Source of the DNA: Mustelus asterias | Taxonomy: Eukaryota | Direction of reading: 5' to 3' | Assembly (NCBI RefSeq): GCF_964213995.1 | Contig: NC_135804.1 | Location: forward strand, 116,312,001 to 116,376,000 | Length of the DNA stretch: 64,000 bases | In this document: piece after piece, positions 14,101 to 27,379 of the stretch | Layout of the letters: each line of letters starts with the position of its first letter | Position numbering within the stretch: position 1 is the first letter of the stretch | Notes under the pieces: generated by a model | What the model was told of the DNA's origin: nothing | What the model saw: only the letters and a program-made list of their open reading frames with translations | The model's database searches: none | Program-made: the position numbers and the translations under genes

Positions 14101-14929
14101 GCTGATACAATGATTATCTGGATTCAATATGTTGTACCTGGTAGACCTTACAGCAGCCCTGGAAATCAAAAATCTCTCAAGTACATTCATTTCAATGGTT
14201 TCCTACTTTAAAAAAGAAGTTCATTTCAATTGCATCAATAACAACAAAAACAACATTTTGTTTGTAGCATCTTGAATGCAGTAAAATGTCCAATGGTGCA
14301 TCAAACAAAATCTTGACATTCAGACACATATGGAAATGCGAGAGAGGAAGACCAAACGTTGGATGAAAATGTGATATTTTAGGGAGTCATAAAAGAAAGA
14401 AAGGTAGAGAGACAGAGGGGTTTAGAGAGCGAATTTCAGAGCATAGGGCCTAGGTATGGTCACTATGGCCCGTATGGTCACTTATCAATGAAATCAGGGA
14501 TGATCAAAAGGTCAGAATGCATCTGGATTAGAAGAAAATATAAAGGTAACAAGTGGCAAGGCCATGGAGAGATTTAAAATAAGGATATAAGTTCTAAAAC
14601 TGAGGTGATGCTTAACCAAGAGCCAAGATAGGTTAACGAGCACAAAGACGATAGATGAATGGGACTTGATGTGGTTAAGACATTTGGCCATCAAATGTGC
14701 CCAACATTTTTGCCAGGAGCAAATACCTGTGCGTTTTCCATATCAACAGTGGCCCAAGCCTACCTGTTTTAGATGTTACAACAAATACACAAACTTTGGT
14801 TTGACGTTATGTGGTCAGGCGACATGGAGATAATTTTACTCAATTGGAGCATTTGTTACAGAATCGAAAAAATATCTAGTCACACAAAATAAGTTATGAA
14901 ATCACATCATTTCTTTTAGGGACTAGTCT

Positions 14930-15395
14930 GCATTCAGATGAAGGGCTTACCTTATGAAAACAGAACAGGTTGGGCCTATGCCCACTGGAGTTTAGAAGAG
15001 TAAGAGGTGATCTTATTGCAACATAAAAGGTCCTGAGGGGCTTTGAAACTGGGAGGGTGTCTCCTCTTGTCAGGGAGACGAGAACTAGGGGCTAATGTTT
15101 AAGATAAGAGGTCTCCCTTTTAAGTCAGAGATGAGGAGAATTTGTTTTCTCTCAGAGGATCGTTACTCTGAGGAATTCTCTTCCCCAGAAAACAGTGGAG
15201 TCCGGGTCATTGAATTTATTCAAGACTGTGTTCGGTAGATTTTTGACTGATGATGAAGTACAGGGTCATGGAGGAAAGACAGGAAAATGGAACTGAGATC
15301 ACAATTAGACCAGCCATGAACTTATCAAATGGTGGAGCAGGCTCAAAGCGCTAAATGGCCTACTCAGGCTCTGAATTCCTACATTCCTATGTTCA
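14930..15395 (+). mobile_element. CR1 LINE 3' fragment
   Basis: gagtttagaagagtaagaggtgatctt...aaatggcctactc; homologous to the 12.9 kb copy. Confidence 0.8.
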
Positions 15396-15479
15396 TCCCA
15401 TAATTATCACTCTGAAGTATTCATGGATAAGTAACAAAAATAATCAAAAGTTTAACTCATGGAACACAGGCCTTTAGAT

Positions 15480-16045
15480 CTCGAGGATGAAAAACAAGGA
15501 GGTATTACTTTGCTGCAGCGATCCAAAACTCTGACAAGACAACAGCTGGAGTACTCTGAGCAGTCCCTGGGCTTCTTAGGAAGCATACGTTGCTCTTGGG
15601 AGGGAGTGCAGCGTAGATTTACCAAAATAATACTTGAACCCTAAGCCTTAACATAGGAGAAGAGATTACAGCACCTGAAGTTGTATTCTCTGGAATTTAA
15701 GGGGAGATTTGAATGAAGTTTTTAGGGGATATTGAGGAGAACTGATAGGGTAGATATTTCTGTTGGCCAGGAAGTCCCTCGACTCTGGATCTTAGTCTAG
15801 ACATTAGAGCCATATCTTTCAGGAGTGAAATTAGGGAACATTTCCACATGCAACTTGTGGTCGAAATTTGAAACTCTCCTTGGCAATTCATGTTGGATCA
15901 GTTGTTAATTTTAATTCTGAGATTGATAGATTTTGTTAATCAAAGGTATTAAAGGATATGGAGTTAGGTTGCAGCATCAACCATAATCTCATTGAATGGC
16001 AGACAGGTTGCAGAGACTAAATGGCTTACTCCTGTCTCTAAGTTC
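15480..16045 (+). mobile_element. Older CR1 LINE 3' fragment
   Basis: QLEY..., EGVQRRFTK peptide, CR1-type 3'UTR. Confidence 0.7.
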
Positions 16046-17415
16046 CAATCTGGTATACAACAAGAGTTGCTGGGTAGTAGAATGTCACTGCTATAGTAAT
16101 TGTCAAAGTCTGGCAATGCATCCAACAAGAGACTCCTGTCACCCCTGAGGATATATGATTCTGACATCTTATATATTCAAGTGACACAGGCAAAAACAGT
16201 TGAAGTTGCATTGTGAGAGATTCAGAGAACTGAAGTTTATGTAGCTCTATCTATCAAGTGATGGAAAACTGAATATGAAACACCAGATGTGCAATTTGAC
16301 AAGTATGTTGTTGAGCATGACGTGAGCAAGGCAGTGGAATAGCAAGGCAATGCAAAATACCAAAAGAAGATAAATAACAGTGCCATTTAAACCTTCACAA
16401 TGAACAATCTGCAATAACGGCAGTCCTCCCCAGATTCAGTCACCTTTTTCATTCATACTTGAACCAGAAAAATATAATTGATCTTGCCTACTAGTTTACT
16501 AATCATCCTCAGCCGAATTTCAAATTAATCAACATATACCCTGAAGTGTTGTGGTGAACGCAAAGGTAGTCAATAGTGCTGCTATTGCGAAACCAGGCTT
16601 TGTTGAAAGGATAGGGCTTTTAATAAACAAAGTGCTTTGCAACTACAAACAAATGGAGTATACAAAACATAAAGGAAACAACATAACGTGGAAAACATTT
16701 AATGATGTTGAATTCAGAATTCTGGTTAGACAGGAAAACACGTTCATCTAACTTATCAGTGAAACTAACATACACTTTCTGTCATGTCAGGAGTGGCTCA
16801 TAGGAGACTGAGACCGCAGGACTGGATGACAAATTTTTTTGTATTCATTCATGGGACATGGGTGTCACTGGCTGGCCAGCATTTATTGCCCATCTCTAGT
16901 TACCCTTGGAGGGCAGTTGAGAGTCAACCACATTGCTGTGGCTCTGGAGTGACGTGCAGGCCTGACCAGATAAGGATAGCAGATTAAGGATAGCAGATTT
17001 CCTTTTCTGAAGGACATTAGTGAACCAGATAGGTTTTTCTGACAATCGACAACGGTTTCATGGTCATCAGTAGATCCTTAATTCTAGATATTTTTTATTG
17101 AATCCAAATTCCACCTCCTGCCGTGGTGGGATTCGAACCCAGGTCCCCAGAACATTAGCTGAGTTTCTGAATTAATAGTCTAGTGATAATACCACTAGGC
17201 CATCCCTGAGCGACAAGTCTCCATTTTTTTTAGCTTACATTGTGTAGGGAGACCTTCTTTTTCTATTGGTTGTGAATCAGGGTAAGACATTCAAATGTCA
17301 CCTTGACCAACCAATTGGATAATCTTTCATATGAACAGAAAACTTTGCACAACACCTTGAAACAAATGTGAGTGTAATATGCCAAGAATCGAGGAATCAG
17401 AATGAACTATCAGAT

Positions 17416-18549
17416 AAATTCTATAATTCACCCTAAAGACAGTTTCACAACTTGAACATTAATGGATTTAAAGAAGGACCCCATCTCCCCTCAACGCCAA
17501 CAAAAACGTGAAGAGCTTATTTCATGGATAGATGAACTGCACAAACAGGTTTAATCACTGGTCTGTGCTGAGATACCTGGTCTTGGTTTGGGTGGTGGTC
17601 GAGGTGCAACAAATATCCAGGGAGCAGAACATCAGCCAAATTGATTGCTCCTGATTGCTGACCTCTCCCGGCTGTTTCGGTAAGAGCATCAGATGCTTAC
17701 AGGATAAGTGATTCACTCCAATCCAAAATACTCAGTGTCCTGCAATTCAAGATTCTTGGATGTCAATCTCTGGAAAACATTGAGTACAGATGTCTTTACA
17801 TTGATTCAGTTTGTGGACAGCTTCTACTAAGCCCTTGGCATGCGAGAGTTTCAGGACAAATATTCTCAGATTTATTTTATTTCATTTCCAGTTCTTTGAT
17901 CACTCAATTGCAGAGCAACAATGTCAGTAAACCAGCAACCCCGTCATTTAATTTTTAAATAGGTTATTGACAGCCATATCCAAAAGCTAAAGGACTTTAT
18001 TACATGATGCAGGAACAAAATAAATGAGTGTCCTTGCTTTCCAGCTTGCACCATACAATGTCCATGCTGTGTGCTTGAAAATGGTCTCTCATCAATTAAA
18101 ACCAATCATTTCAAGTTTTTAAAAAATTTCGTTTTGTTTCAACATTTTTTTCTTTTCAATCAATTTCTAGCCTTATTAACTCAGTCAAGTAATCATTATT
18201 AAAGCCTTAACCTTTCCGATGAGTGTGGGTGAGTATTTTGGATTGGAGCGAATCACTTATCCTGTAAGCATCTGATGCTCCTACCTAAACAGCCGGGAGG
18301 GGCCAGCAATCAGGAGCAATCAATTTGGCTGATTTTCTGTTCTCTGGATTATTTGTTGCACCTCGACCACCGCCCAAACCAAGACCAGGTATCTCAGCAC
18401 AGACCAGTGATTAAACCTGTTTGTGCAGTTCAGCCATCCATGAAATAAGCTCTTCACGTTTTTGTTGGCGTTGAGGGGAGATGGAGGCCTTCTTTAAATC
18501 CATTAATGTTCAAGTTGTGAAACTGTATTCAGGGTGAGTTACAGAGTTT
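17416..18549. repeat. Long inverted repeat, ~320-bp arms, 495-bp spacer
   Basis: 17416-17734 is the reverse complement of 18230-18549; roughly 18 substitutions and 1 indel by manual alignment. Confidence 0.95.
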
Positions 18550-20379
18550 GCATGCATAGTAATTTAAGTCACAGGTGGAGAGGATAAAGTGAATATAAAA
18601 GTTTTTCTTGTAGTCTTCTATGCTATTGTGCACTATACTTTGAAGAGGCAATAATAAAACACAATACAGTCTGTCTTCATAGGTTATACAGTCTAGACTA
18701 TTTATTTTGTCTCAACAGGTTGAAAGTTCCTGACAGTAAAATTGACAACATAAGCATATTTTTGAGTAAAGTGTAAATACGCTAAGATTTTTTTTTACAA
18801 TATGTGCTTTGCCTTTCTGTACATTCAAGAACCCTGACTCTCCTAACATTCCTATAGCAAGATCTTATTTCCCGGTCATTGATTTTAGATAGGAGCTGAC
18901 TAATGAGCCTCTGTGATTCAACTTGACATCGCCCACTCTCTCAGCTGGTGTCCTCTGGGACCAAGATACTCTGCTCCGATTCAAATATTCGATATATAAC
19001 AAATGTAAGTCAGACATAGGCCTATTGTTTTATTTATCAAGTACAAGCACCAGTTGATCTGACTTAACAGTCTAGGTGAGATGAACGCTGTTTGCTGGAC
19101 TCCACATCTAAGTTACAACCACATTATCCAATGTGCATATTGTTGGAACTTCCATTTTGTTTGTCACGGTTAGTCACTCTCATTCACAACTTAAAGGTTC
19201 CAACAAAAAATGAATGATGCCCCTTAGAGTCAGACTAACCAAGTTACAGAGGAAGGGCTTACATAGTTTAGAATCCTTTTCAGTCCTAAAGTCACATAAT
19301 CTTCATTGCTCCTACACTGAGTACAAAGTTAAGTTTAAAAACCCCAAGATGTGATCGACGCAGTGGTTTCAAGCTTTCGCTACAGTGCTCACCTTTATGG
19401 TAGATTCAACTGATCTTTATATCTTTAATATAGTTTACACCTGAATTATTTACTGTTAGGATGTATGTACACAAAGTGATAGCCAACAGCATTGCAGTGC
19501 AAGCATCTTTAAGGTATTTCCTTGAACTTTACATAGTTTATCTGCATTTTCTCAGCACAGCCAGGTTTTGCATAGCGGTGCTCTCTTTATGACTTCTCAC
19601 ACAGTACTGATGAGCTGGTTAAACAGCCAGTAATTGAGCATATTGCAGTCAATGACAGCTGGCACTTGTGGTGTGCACTTGTCTTTCTGGGGTTTTTCAA
19701 AATGATTTCCAAATGTGGCTAACTGCTGTGTACTGGACCACTACTGTGTTTTCTCAGCTTGACATCTCTTGATCAATATCCAGAATCAGCCAGATTTTGG
19801 TCTTTGTAACTATAGATTGGTGTTGAACATCAATGTACACACACAACATATTGTGCTTGTTTGCTCTGTAATAGGCAAATGAAATTCTGTTGCCTTGAAG
19901 TCCAAGTGAAATATATGTAGCTGCGTTTGAGGAAATCTAGTTTACGGTTCAGGTACAAACATATTTTTATGCAGGCCTGGACCCTTTAACTATCTAAAAT
20001 GGAGCTAACAATTTGAGACATTTCTTATCACTATGGTTCATTACTTTTCAAGACCAATCTCAAAACTCCTGCAGCCATATATTAAGGCTAGTTTTGGCGA
20101 AATGGGATGGTGCCTGAAAGTGTGTGTGGTCATTATGGTGCACTTTTAACTCAAGCCCGTTCAGTACAATACAGGAAGTATGACAAATTTGTACTGACTG
20201 CTTATTTGAATGCAGCCCAGCACTAACAACTCTGTTCATTGGCTACATACATCAACAGTGAGCCTAGAATTATAACATCTTGGTACCACTTAAAGTTGCT
20301 CCATAAATCTTAAAGGGGAGGCACTTTGTGGCTTGGACCTGTGTTTGCAGTCCTGAAGGAGGTGAATCTGGACTTGGAA

Positions 20380-23000
20380 ACAGTGAAGAATGGAAAAACA
20401 TGGGAGAGAGCAGGATACAGAGGTTTTCATGTACCTGCAAAGGGTCTGGGGGCTCCCAGAATAAATACCCAAAAGGCAGTGGGAGCAGATAGCCACGAAA
20501 GTCAAGCCCAGAAGAGCTGGATGCAGTGCTGCAAGACATCCAATAACCTCACACAATTGATCAAGATCAGTAAGTGCATCAACAAATGTCATATCGCTCA
20601 CTGCCCAACAATCTCTATAAAATAAGGATTCACTCTGAACAGTCATCTTCTCACACATTTAGCACTGCTGAAAGGCTCACACTCACATCTCATAGCTTGC
20701 ACTCTCTGTCAAGTATTCAACCATGGCAGCCACCTCACCCAAATAGATTGCAGGACACTAACCCACACATTTCCCTCTCTCTTCCAGGACAGGTGGCACA
20801 CAACCGAAAGCTAACCATCATTGGGACAGTCACGGGCTGCAAGTCCTAATTCCAATGGAGTTAGTGGTGCTGGCCATTGTTGTGATATCCATTGATGAGG
20901 TCATGGCCAATAGTGGATAAAACCATCAAAGATGGCTGCATCCTCATACATAATCCTCCTTCTCACATCAAAATCCCCGTTCATTCTGCATTCGTTCTTG
21001 AATTATAAGCTGCAGTTCCCCTCATTCAGCAAAACACACAGTTCTGCCTTTCTTCTTTCCCAATAGACATAGCCTAACCAGGCGGTGGAGAGGCTGCAGG
21101 AAGAGAATGATGACAAAGACACAGCATTGTCACTTGATTGCAAAATCATAAGCACCAGCTTAGATACAGACACTGCACATAGCTTGGAGAATAAATTACA
21201 GGCAGGAACTGCACATGCTGAGACACCAAGCATCAGCCTGCCACAGCCAGGACACAAGCAAATATATTTAAAGGATTTCAGGTTGCTCACAGGTTCTGCT
21301 GCAGAGGATGGGCACTTTAAAGGGCTAGTGTATAGAATAATTCTGATGGGTATGGTTACAAAATACTTGGAGCATTGGGAAGCCTGTCAGAAAGCCTGTG
21401 GTCAGTGTTGAGGAGTGAGGAGAAGTTCAACATCAACATCGCACCAGGCTCTTTGTAGAGCTTAAGACCCAACCTTTTCACCATGGAAGTGGTATCAAAG
21501 GATGTAGGAACAGAAGTAGGCCATTCGGCCTGTCCAATCTGCTGCACCATTCATGACTGATCTGACATGATAATCTTCAACTCTACTTTCCAGCCTTACT
21601 CCCTTGATTCCCTTATTGATTAAAATCTGTCTCTCTCAGCCCTGATCGACTCCAAAGCCAAGCATGGTGCAGCATCAAATGACTGATGTTGCATCTTCTG
21701 TTGTAGCACAAACAGCAGTCACCCAACATCTGAGTGCTCAGTCTGATGTTATGCAAGGTCAGCTAGCTCCCATGCCAGCTTGGAACTCTGCCATCGTGGT
21801 TTACAGAGTGTCACAGCCGTCCAGGAATTTATCCTCCAGCAGATTACTAGCGTTGCTGTGGCGAGGATTGTTTTATGGGGAGCCTGTGTTTCTCTCTGAG
21901 GGAGACAATGTTTACATTTCCATACCTGCCACTCCATCAGTACCCATAATGTTGCCAGTCAACCATGAAGTTCAAACAACTGCTCTTGCCGAGAGAATGC
22001 AGCAAGTATTTGGACCTTCTGGTTTAGAGTTACTCGAGGTTATTCTCCAAAGCTGTCTTCAGCACTCTCCACGTTAGCCACTGGGGTAGCACTGCAAAGA
22101 AGTATAATGACGGGAAAAGGCAGAGGGAAGACAGATATGATTTTATTTATCAATTTGATTTGAAAAAATTATTTTGTGGTGGATTTTACTTTTCCATTGT
22201 GAACAAAGGATGGTGGTCAATGATAGAGTTATCAGCCTCATTGTCAGTGGTTAACCCTTGTAACCAGGAGCCACCTTGGTGGAAAGGAAAAATAAACAGT
22301 AAAAATGGGGATATCAGAATACTGATCCAAACTGCTCTTGCATAGTGTAAAATGGATCACCAGAAAAAAATGGGAAATAAAAAATATGTGAGAAACTGGG
22401 AAATAGGGTGGCATGGTGGCACGGTGGTTCGCACTACTGCCTCACAGCGCCAGAGTCCCGGGTTCGGTTCCAGCCTTAGGTGGTTGTCTGTGTGGAATTT
22501 ACACGTTCTCCCCGTGTCTGCGGGTGTTTCAGTTTCCTCCCACAGTCCAAAGGTGTGTGGGTTAGGTTGATTGACCATGCTAAATTGCCCCTTATTGTCA
22601 GGGAGATTAGCGAGGGTAAATAACATGGGGTTACGGGGATAGGGCCTGGGTGGGATTGTTGTCGATGGAGGCTCGATTGGCCGAAACCACCACCTGCACT
22701 GTAGGAATTCTATGCTGCTTCTATGAAGAATACTGATCTGAACTGTTTCCTCCGATTGGGCTTTGATTTGTTAGGGTGGCTCAAACGTAGCTGCATGGGA
22801 ACTGCTTCAGAATGAAGGCATCACGACTGCTGCCAGGATATTGGACCCTGATCTGCAAGATATGCTGTCATTAGTCGTATAGCGATTGCATATTAAGGGA
22901 GTGGAATTTTTTGGTTCTGGGAAAGGGCAGAGTTGACATATGGTGCCAGCAAAGCAAAGTCAATGACACTCTATACCATATGAAGCCATATTCTCACTCT
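20380..23000. mobile_element. Fossil PIF/Harbinger DNA transposon (Myb/SANT-like ORF on +, DDE transposase on -)
   Basis: + strand 20480-20570: WEQIATKV.../SWMQCCKTSNNLTQLIK. - strand ~22800-22910: FHSLNMQSLYD**QHILQIRVQYPGSSRDAFILKQ, resembling the HARBI1-type FHSLNVQ...YPGSxHD motif. Contains stops and frameshifts; boundaries approximate. Confidence 0.7.
22406..22726 (+). mobile_element. HE1 SINE, tail type A (HER1/CR1-like ...attctatg)
   Basis: tRNA head, V core, and ggccgaa...ctgcactgtagg..ttctatg tail. Confidence 0.85.
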
Positions 23001-23594
23001 GCCTGGTTGTCTCTGACAAGAGTGAATGAGATACATTTAGCTCTCTTGAATAAGGAATGACTTTTCTTCTGTCAAACTGAGACTTTGCTAACTGGCATTA
23101 TTCTGGAATGAACCAGATGGATAAAAGTTGATCACTACAGTCACCTTGGCAACCACTGATAAACCAATTTTTGCCCTGCTCTGATGTTCCCGTTGTGGCT
23201 TCATCAGGTAACAAATTTCAGTGACAGTCTCCTTGCTGAATCGTGCCTTGATCACAAGGTAAGATAGTTGCTCTCGGAACCTTGGGCAAGTATGACCTCC
23301 AGTTCAGAACCCAATTCCTCCTCTCTTGTCTAGCAGCTTGTCCTTTGCTGTGTTGCCTTTGTCATTCTCCAAATCATGCTGTATTTCAAGGGGAATATCA
23401 ACTAATGAACCCATGTTTGCGAGCACCTAGCTTGCAAAGAAACTTTCACATTAGTAAAAAGAAATCTTTGAGCCCACATCATTTGCTGTAGAAGTTTGCA
23501 ACTTGAAACACCTATAGAAAACACTTAATACTTGTAGAATCATAACAACAGCCAGATGAAATCAAGGAGCAACTAACCCGTAGGTAGCTGGTGA

Positions 23595-24072
23595 CTTTTA
23601 CAGAAAGCATTCCTTTTGGTTGTATCACAATTTGATACAGCTCCTGCTTGCACAAGACCACAAGAAACTACAAAAGGTCGTGAATGTAGCCCAATCCATC
23701 ATGCAAACCAGCCTCCCATCCATTAACTCTGTCTACACTTCCTGCTGCCTCGGCAAAGCAGCCAGCATAATTAAGGACCCCATGCACCCTGGACATTCTC
23801 TCTTCCATCTTCTTCCGTCAGGAAAAAGATACAAAAGTTTGAGGTCACATACCAGCCGACACAACAACTGCTTCTTCCCTGCTGCCATCAGACTTTTGAA
23901 TGGACCTACCTTGCATTAAGTTGATCTTTCTCTACATCCTAGCTATAACTATAACACTACATTCTGCACTCTCTCGTTTCCTTCTCTATGAACGGTATGC
24001 TTTGTCTGTATAGCGCGCAAGAAACAATACTTTTCACTGTATTCTAATACATGTGATAATAATAAATCAAAT
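23595..24072 (+). mobile_element. Rex1/Babar-type LINE 3' fragment
   Basis: KKLQKVVNVAQSI...KAASIIKDPMHPGHSLFHLLPSGKRY...FFPAAIRLLN, A-rich tail. Confidence 0.8.
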
Positions 24073-24289
24073 AGTGCATGTGGGCAGGATGGGGAGGTGG
24101 AGTCACGCAAATCAGTGTTGTAGGATGATTGACATTTTCATCTTCCATTGGACCTGCACTATGCGCTTGCTAATGATCTCACCAATGTGGCGTTCAGCAC
24201 AATTCACCCCTAAGTACACACACGATGGATGCTCCACCTGTACATAGATTGCTTGAGGTTGCAGTCCCGATTTAATTATTTGAAGGGGC

Positions 24290-24725
24290 TGCCCCTCAAC
24301 CTTCAGTTGCATTTCATCCCTATGTTCCTAAGCTTTGGTCATCGACTGTGGAAGGGAAGGCAGGAGGGAAGAGGACCTCCTCGTGGGTTTGCTCTTGGGC
24401 CTGGCCCAATTAGGCATTAACAGGTCCGGGCAGCATGCAGTCAAGGGGGTGTTCGACCTGACTGTCTGTCCCTCTTCTGTGGCTACATTCACGGCTGGGT
24501 GGCCTTGGAGAGGGAGCATGTGATGTCCACTGGTTTGCTTCAGGCTTTCCGAGACCATTGGGAGCGATGGGGGCTGGGGTGCATCATCACCCCCAGGAAT
24601 GACACTTCGGTTTAACTTGTTAAGTTTCTTTTTGAAGCTTTGTTTTAGTTACAGTGCCCCACCAGGGACTGTCATCTGTCATTTTTGTTTAATTTATTGA
24701 CTTTTTTTTATCTAATAAAAGAGTA
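24290..24725 (+). mobile_element. L1/Tx1-like LINE 3' fragment
   Basis: EDLLVGLLLGLAQLGINRS peptide, T-rich 3'UTR, AATAAAA end. Confidence 0.5.
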
Positions 24726-25277
24726 TATGATGAGCCCCATTTTGGAACTGTGGAGCACAGGTACTGGCCATAAAACAGGCATTAACAAGCACAATTGTTC
24801 CCCCATTCTCTTTCCTACAATAAGCAGCACTCTAAAAATGAAAGACATTTGTTAAGTAGCCTGCTTTGGAAAACATTTTTGATAAAAAGTAAGGACTTTA
24901 TGTTACAGAAGGAGACTTTAACTTTTTTAGGAACAGTAATGGATTAGGTAAAGCAAGTCAGATTATTACCATCGGAAAGGTGTTCAGCTTAACTGAATTT
25001 AATTTACAGAGAACTGAGAGAAGTGACCATGACTCAGAATTCAAGAATAGTTCTCTAGAATTCAAGGAGAACTATTCTTGAAATCTAGATACCATGTATG
25101 CCAACCGATATAGGTTCCATGGCTTTGATTTGACCAATTATGCTGCCAACTTTATCTCAGAAATGTGGCTTTCTGGGATGTTTTAGCATTTTCTCTTAAG
25201 AGATTTAAATTGAAGAGTGACCACTGCAGTATGTGTTTTTCACAATCTGTTCTGGCCTTTACTCAATGGACTTAAGA

Positions 25278-25592
25278 GGTGGCACGGTGGCACAGCAGTT
25301 AGCATTGCTCCTCACAGCGCCAGGGACCCGGGTTCAATTCTGGCCTCGGGTGACTCCCTGTGTGGAGTTTGCACGTTCTCCCCGTGCCTGCGTGGCTTTC
25401 CTCCGGCTGCTCCGGTTTCCTCCCAAACTTCAAAGGGTTAGGTTGATTGGCCATACTAAATTGCCCCTTAGTTTCAAGGAGATTAGCAAGGCAAATACAT
25501 GGGGGTTACAGGGATAGGGCCTGGGTGGGATTGTTGTCGGTGCAGGCTCAATGGGCCAAATGGCCTGCTCCTGTACTGTAGGGATTCTATGA
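25278..25592 (+). mobile_element. HE1 SINE, tail A
   Basis: Full head/core/tail, as at 22.4 kb. Confidence 0.85.
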
Positions 25593-27379
25593 CTGACCAT
25601 TTTCATCCCTTCCTCTCCTGTGTTCATATATGATTGTCTGCTAAAATTGGCAGTTGAGTATGGTGCCAATTATAGGTCACAATATGTGCATAGTTACTTT
25701 TGTGTAACATTCTGATGAGGGTGTTTCCACATTAAAATCGAATTTCATAGGTCAATAGTGTATCCCTCAGTTTACAATAAATGAGTTAGTATATTATTTT
25801 TATATTTGTTTTACTTGATAGTGGAGTTGATACAGACTTTAAAAGTCTTCAAAATCTCATCCAATGGTTCACAAACTTGGGTTTTACCAACCGTGACAGA
25901 GGGACACCTGACATTAACGATAACATGCTTCACTACAGTTATTTTCTAATAGGACTAAATATACAATGATTTATAATGGTCAGTGCAGAAGGAGGCTCTG
26001 ACTCCTCAGCATCTTGGGAGCTGTACAGTTGGTAATTATGTCCTGGTTGCACCATGATTGAGCAATGGTCAAGTAAGCAATAAGCAGCAGCTGGAGGAGG
26101 TCTTGTTGTAAGCCGGGAGACAGGAGTGGGGTGCTTCCGCCACAGGTGCAGGATAGACTGGGCTGGCTGTCTCATTGAGGAGAGGAGCATGCATAGATGG
26201 GCACTAATCTCCCTTAACTATAGGGATGGGATAAAATGCTCTGTCAGAGAGTCAGTGAGACTCGATGGGCCAAATGGCATCCTTCTGCACTGAAGGGATT
26301 CTATGATTCTAAGAGTGGCATAAACATGCCAGAAGTTGATCGATAACAATGTTTGTGTCTCTACCATGCTCCAGCTTTGGAGTGAGATGGGGTATTGCAG
26401 TATTCTAGACATTTTGGTGGGGAAAAAATAACTATTTTAGATCATAATAGTGCAGAATTTACTGCTCCTGATAATGGGATTAGAATTAAAACATTTGAAG
26501 GGAAACACATGATTAAAACATGCTGAACCTTTCCATTGTTTTATTATATTACATTATAATTTTGATGGGAAGGTCTGTTATTACTAATCTATTTGAAAAG
26601 AGGCTCTTCAAATAAAATCATTTGAGAACTGATTCAATGTAATTACCCTTACTTCAGTTGAGAAGTATCTTATTCTGAATTTCTAACACAAATCAACAAT
26701 GATATGGCATCGAAAGAGATGTGTTACTTAGTTGATCCAAAATGCTTATTATTTCTCCTCTGTTTCTGCTGAATAGTGACTTTACTTGATGATTTTATAG
26801 TCATAGAATTACATTTGACCAAAAACCTGATCCAGAAGAAAAAAATGTAATAGTTCATGTTTAAATAAACAGTGCTCCATATTTATTAAGGGAATTATTG
26901 AGGCGCAGTGGGTCGTGACCCTGCTTCTGAGCCAGAATCTTGGGTTTTGAGTCCCATCCCAGGACCTGATGTCCAAGAAAGATGTGTTCATGACGGGGAC
27001 AACAGGTTGAGTATCAACCTGCAAAATCCTTCCAATACATGCTATTGGCTGGTGGTAAGAGTGAGAGAGACTTCCGGCCAACCATGCTTGGTGTGGAGTG
27101 GCACCCTCAAGCTATAAGCCTCTGGCACCAGGCTAGTGACCTGCTCCAGGAAAAAATCTCGCTATGGAAACAGATGAAAGTCTGCCTTGTGCACCATGAG
27201 GTGTGAGAAGATAAACAACAACATTAATTGCATGGCTCTATGCTCTAAGCCTTATCTTATGCAATCATTCAATAGATTAATATGAAAGCTGACTGTCAAT
27301 TTGAAAGCCCTGGGAAAGTATCATCATTCTCTCCTAGCTCAAAAGTATGTAGTTTTAAGCCCCACTAAAACATTTGAAC

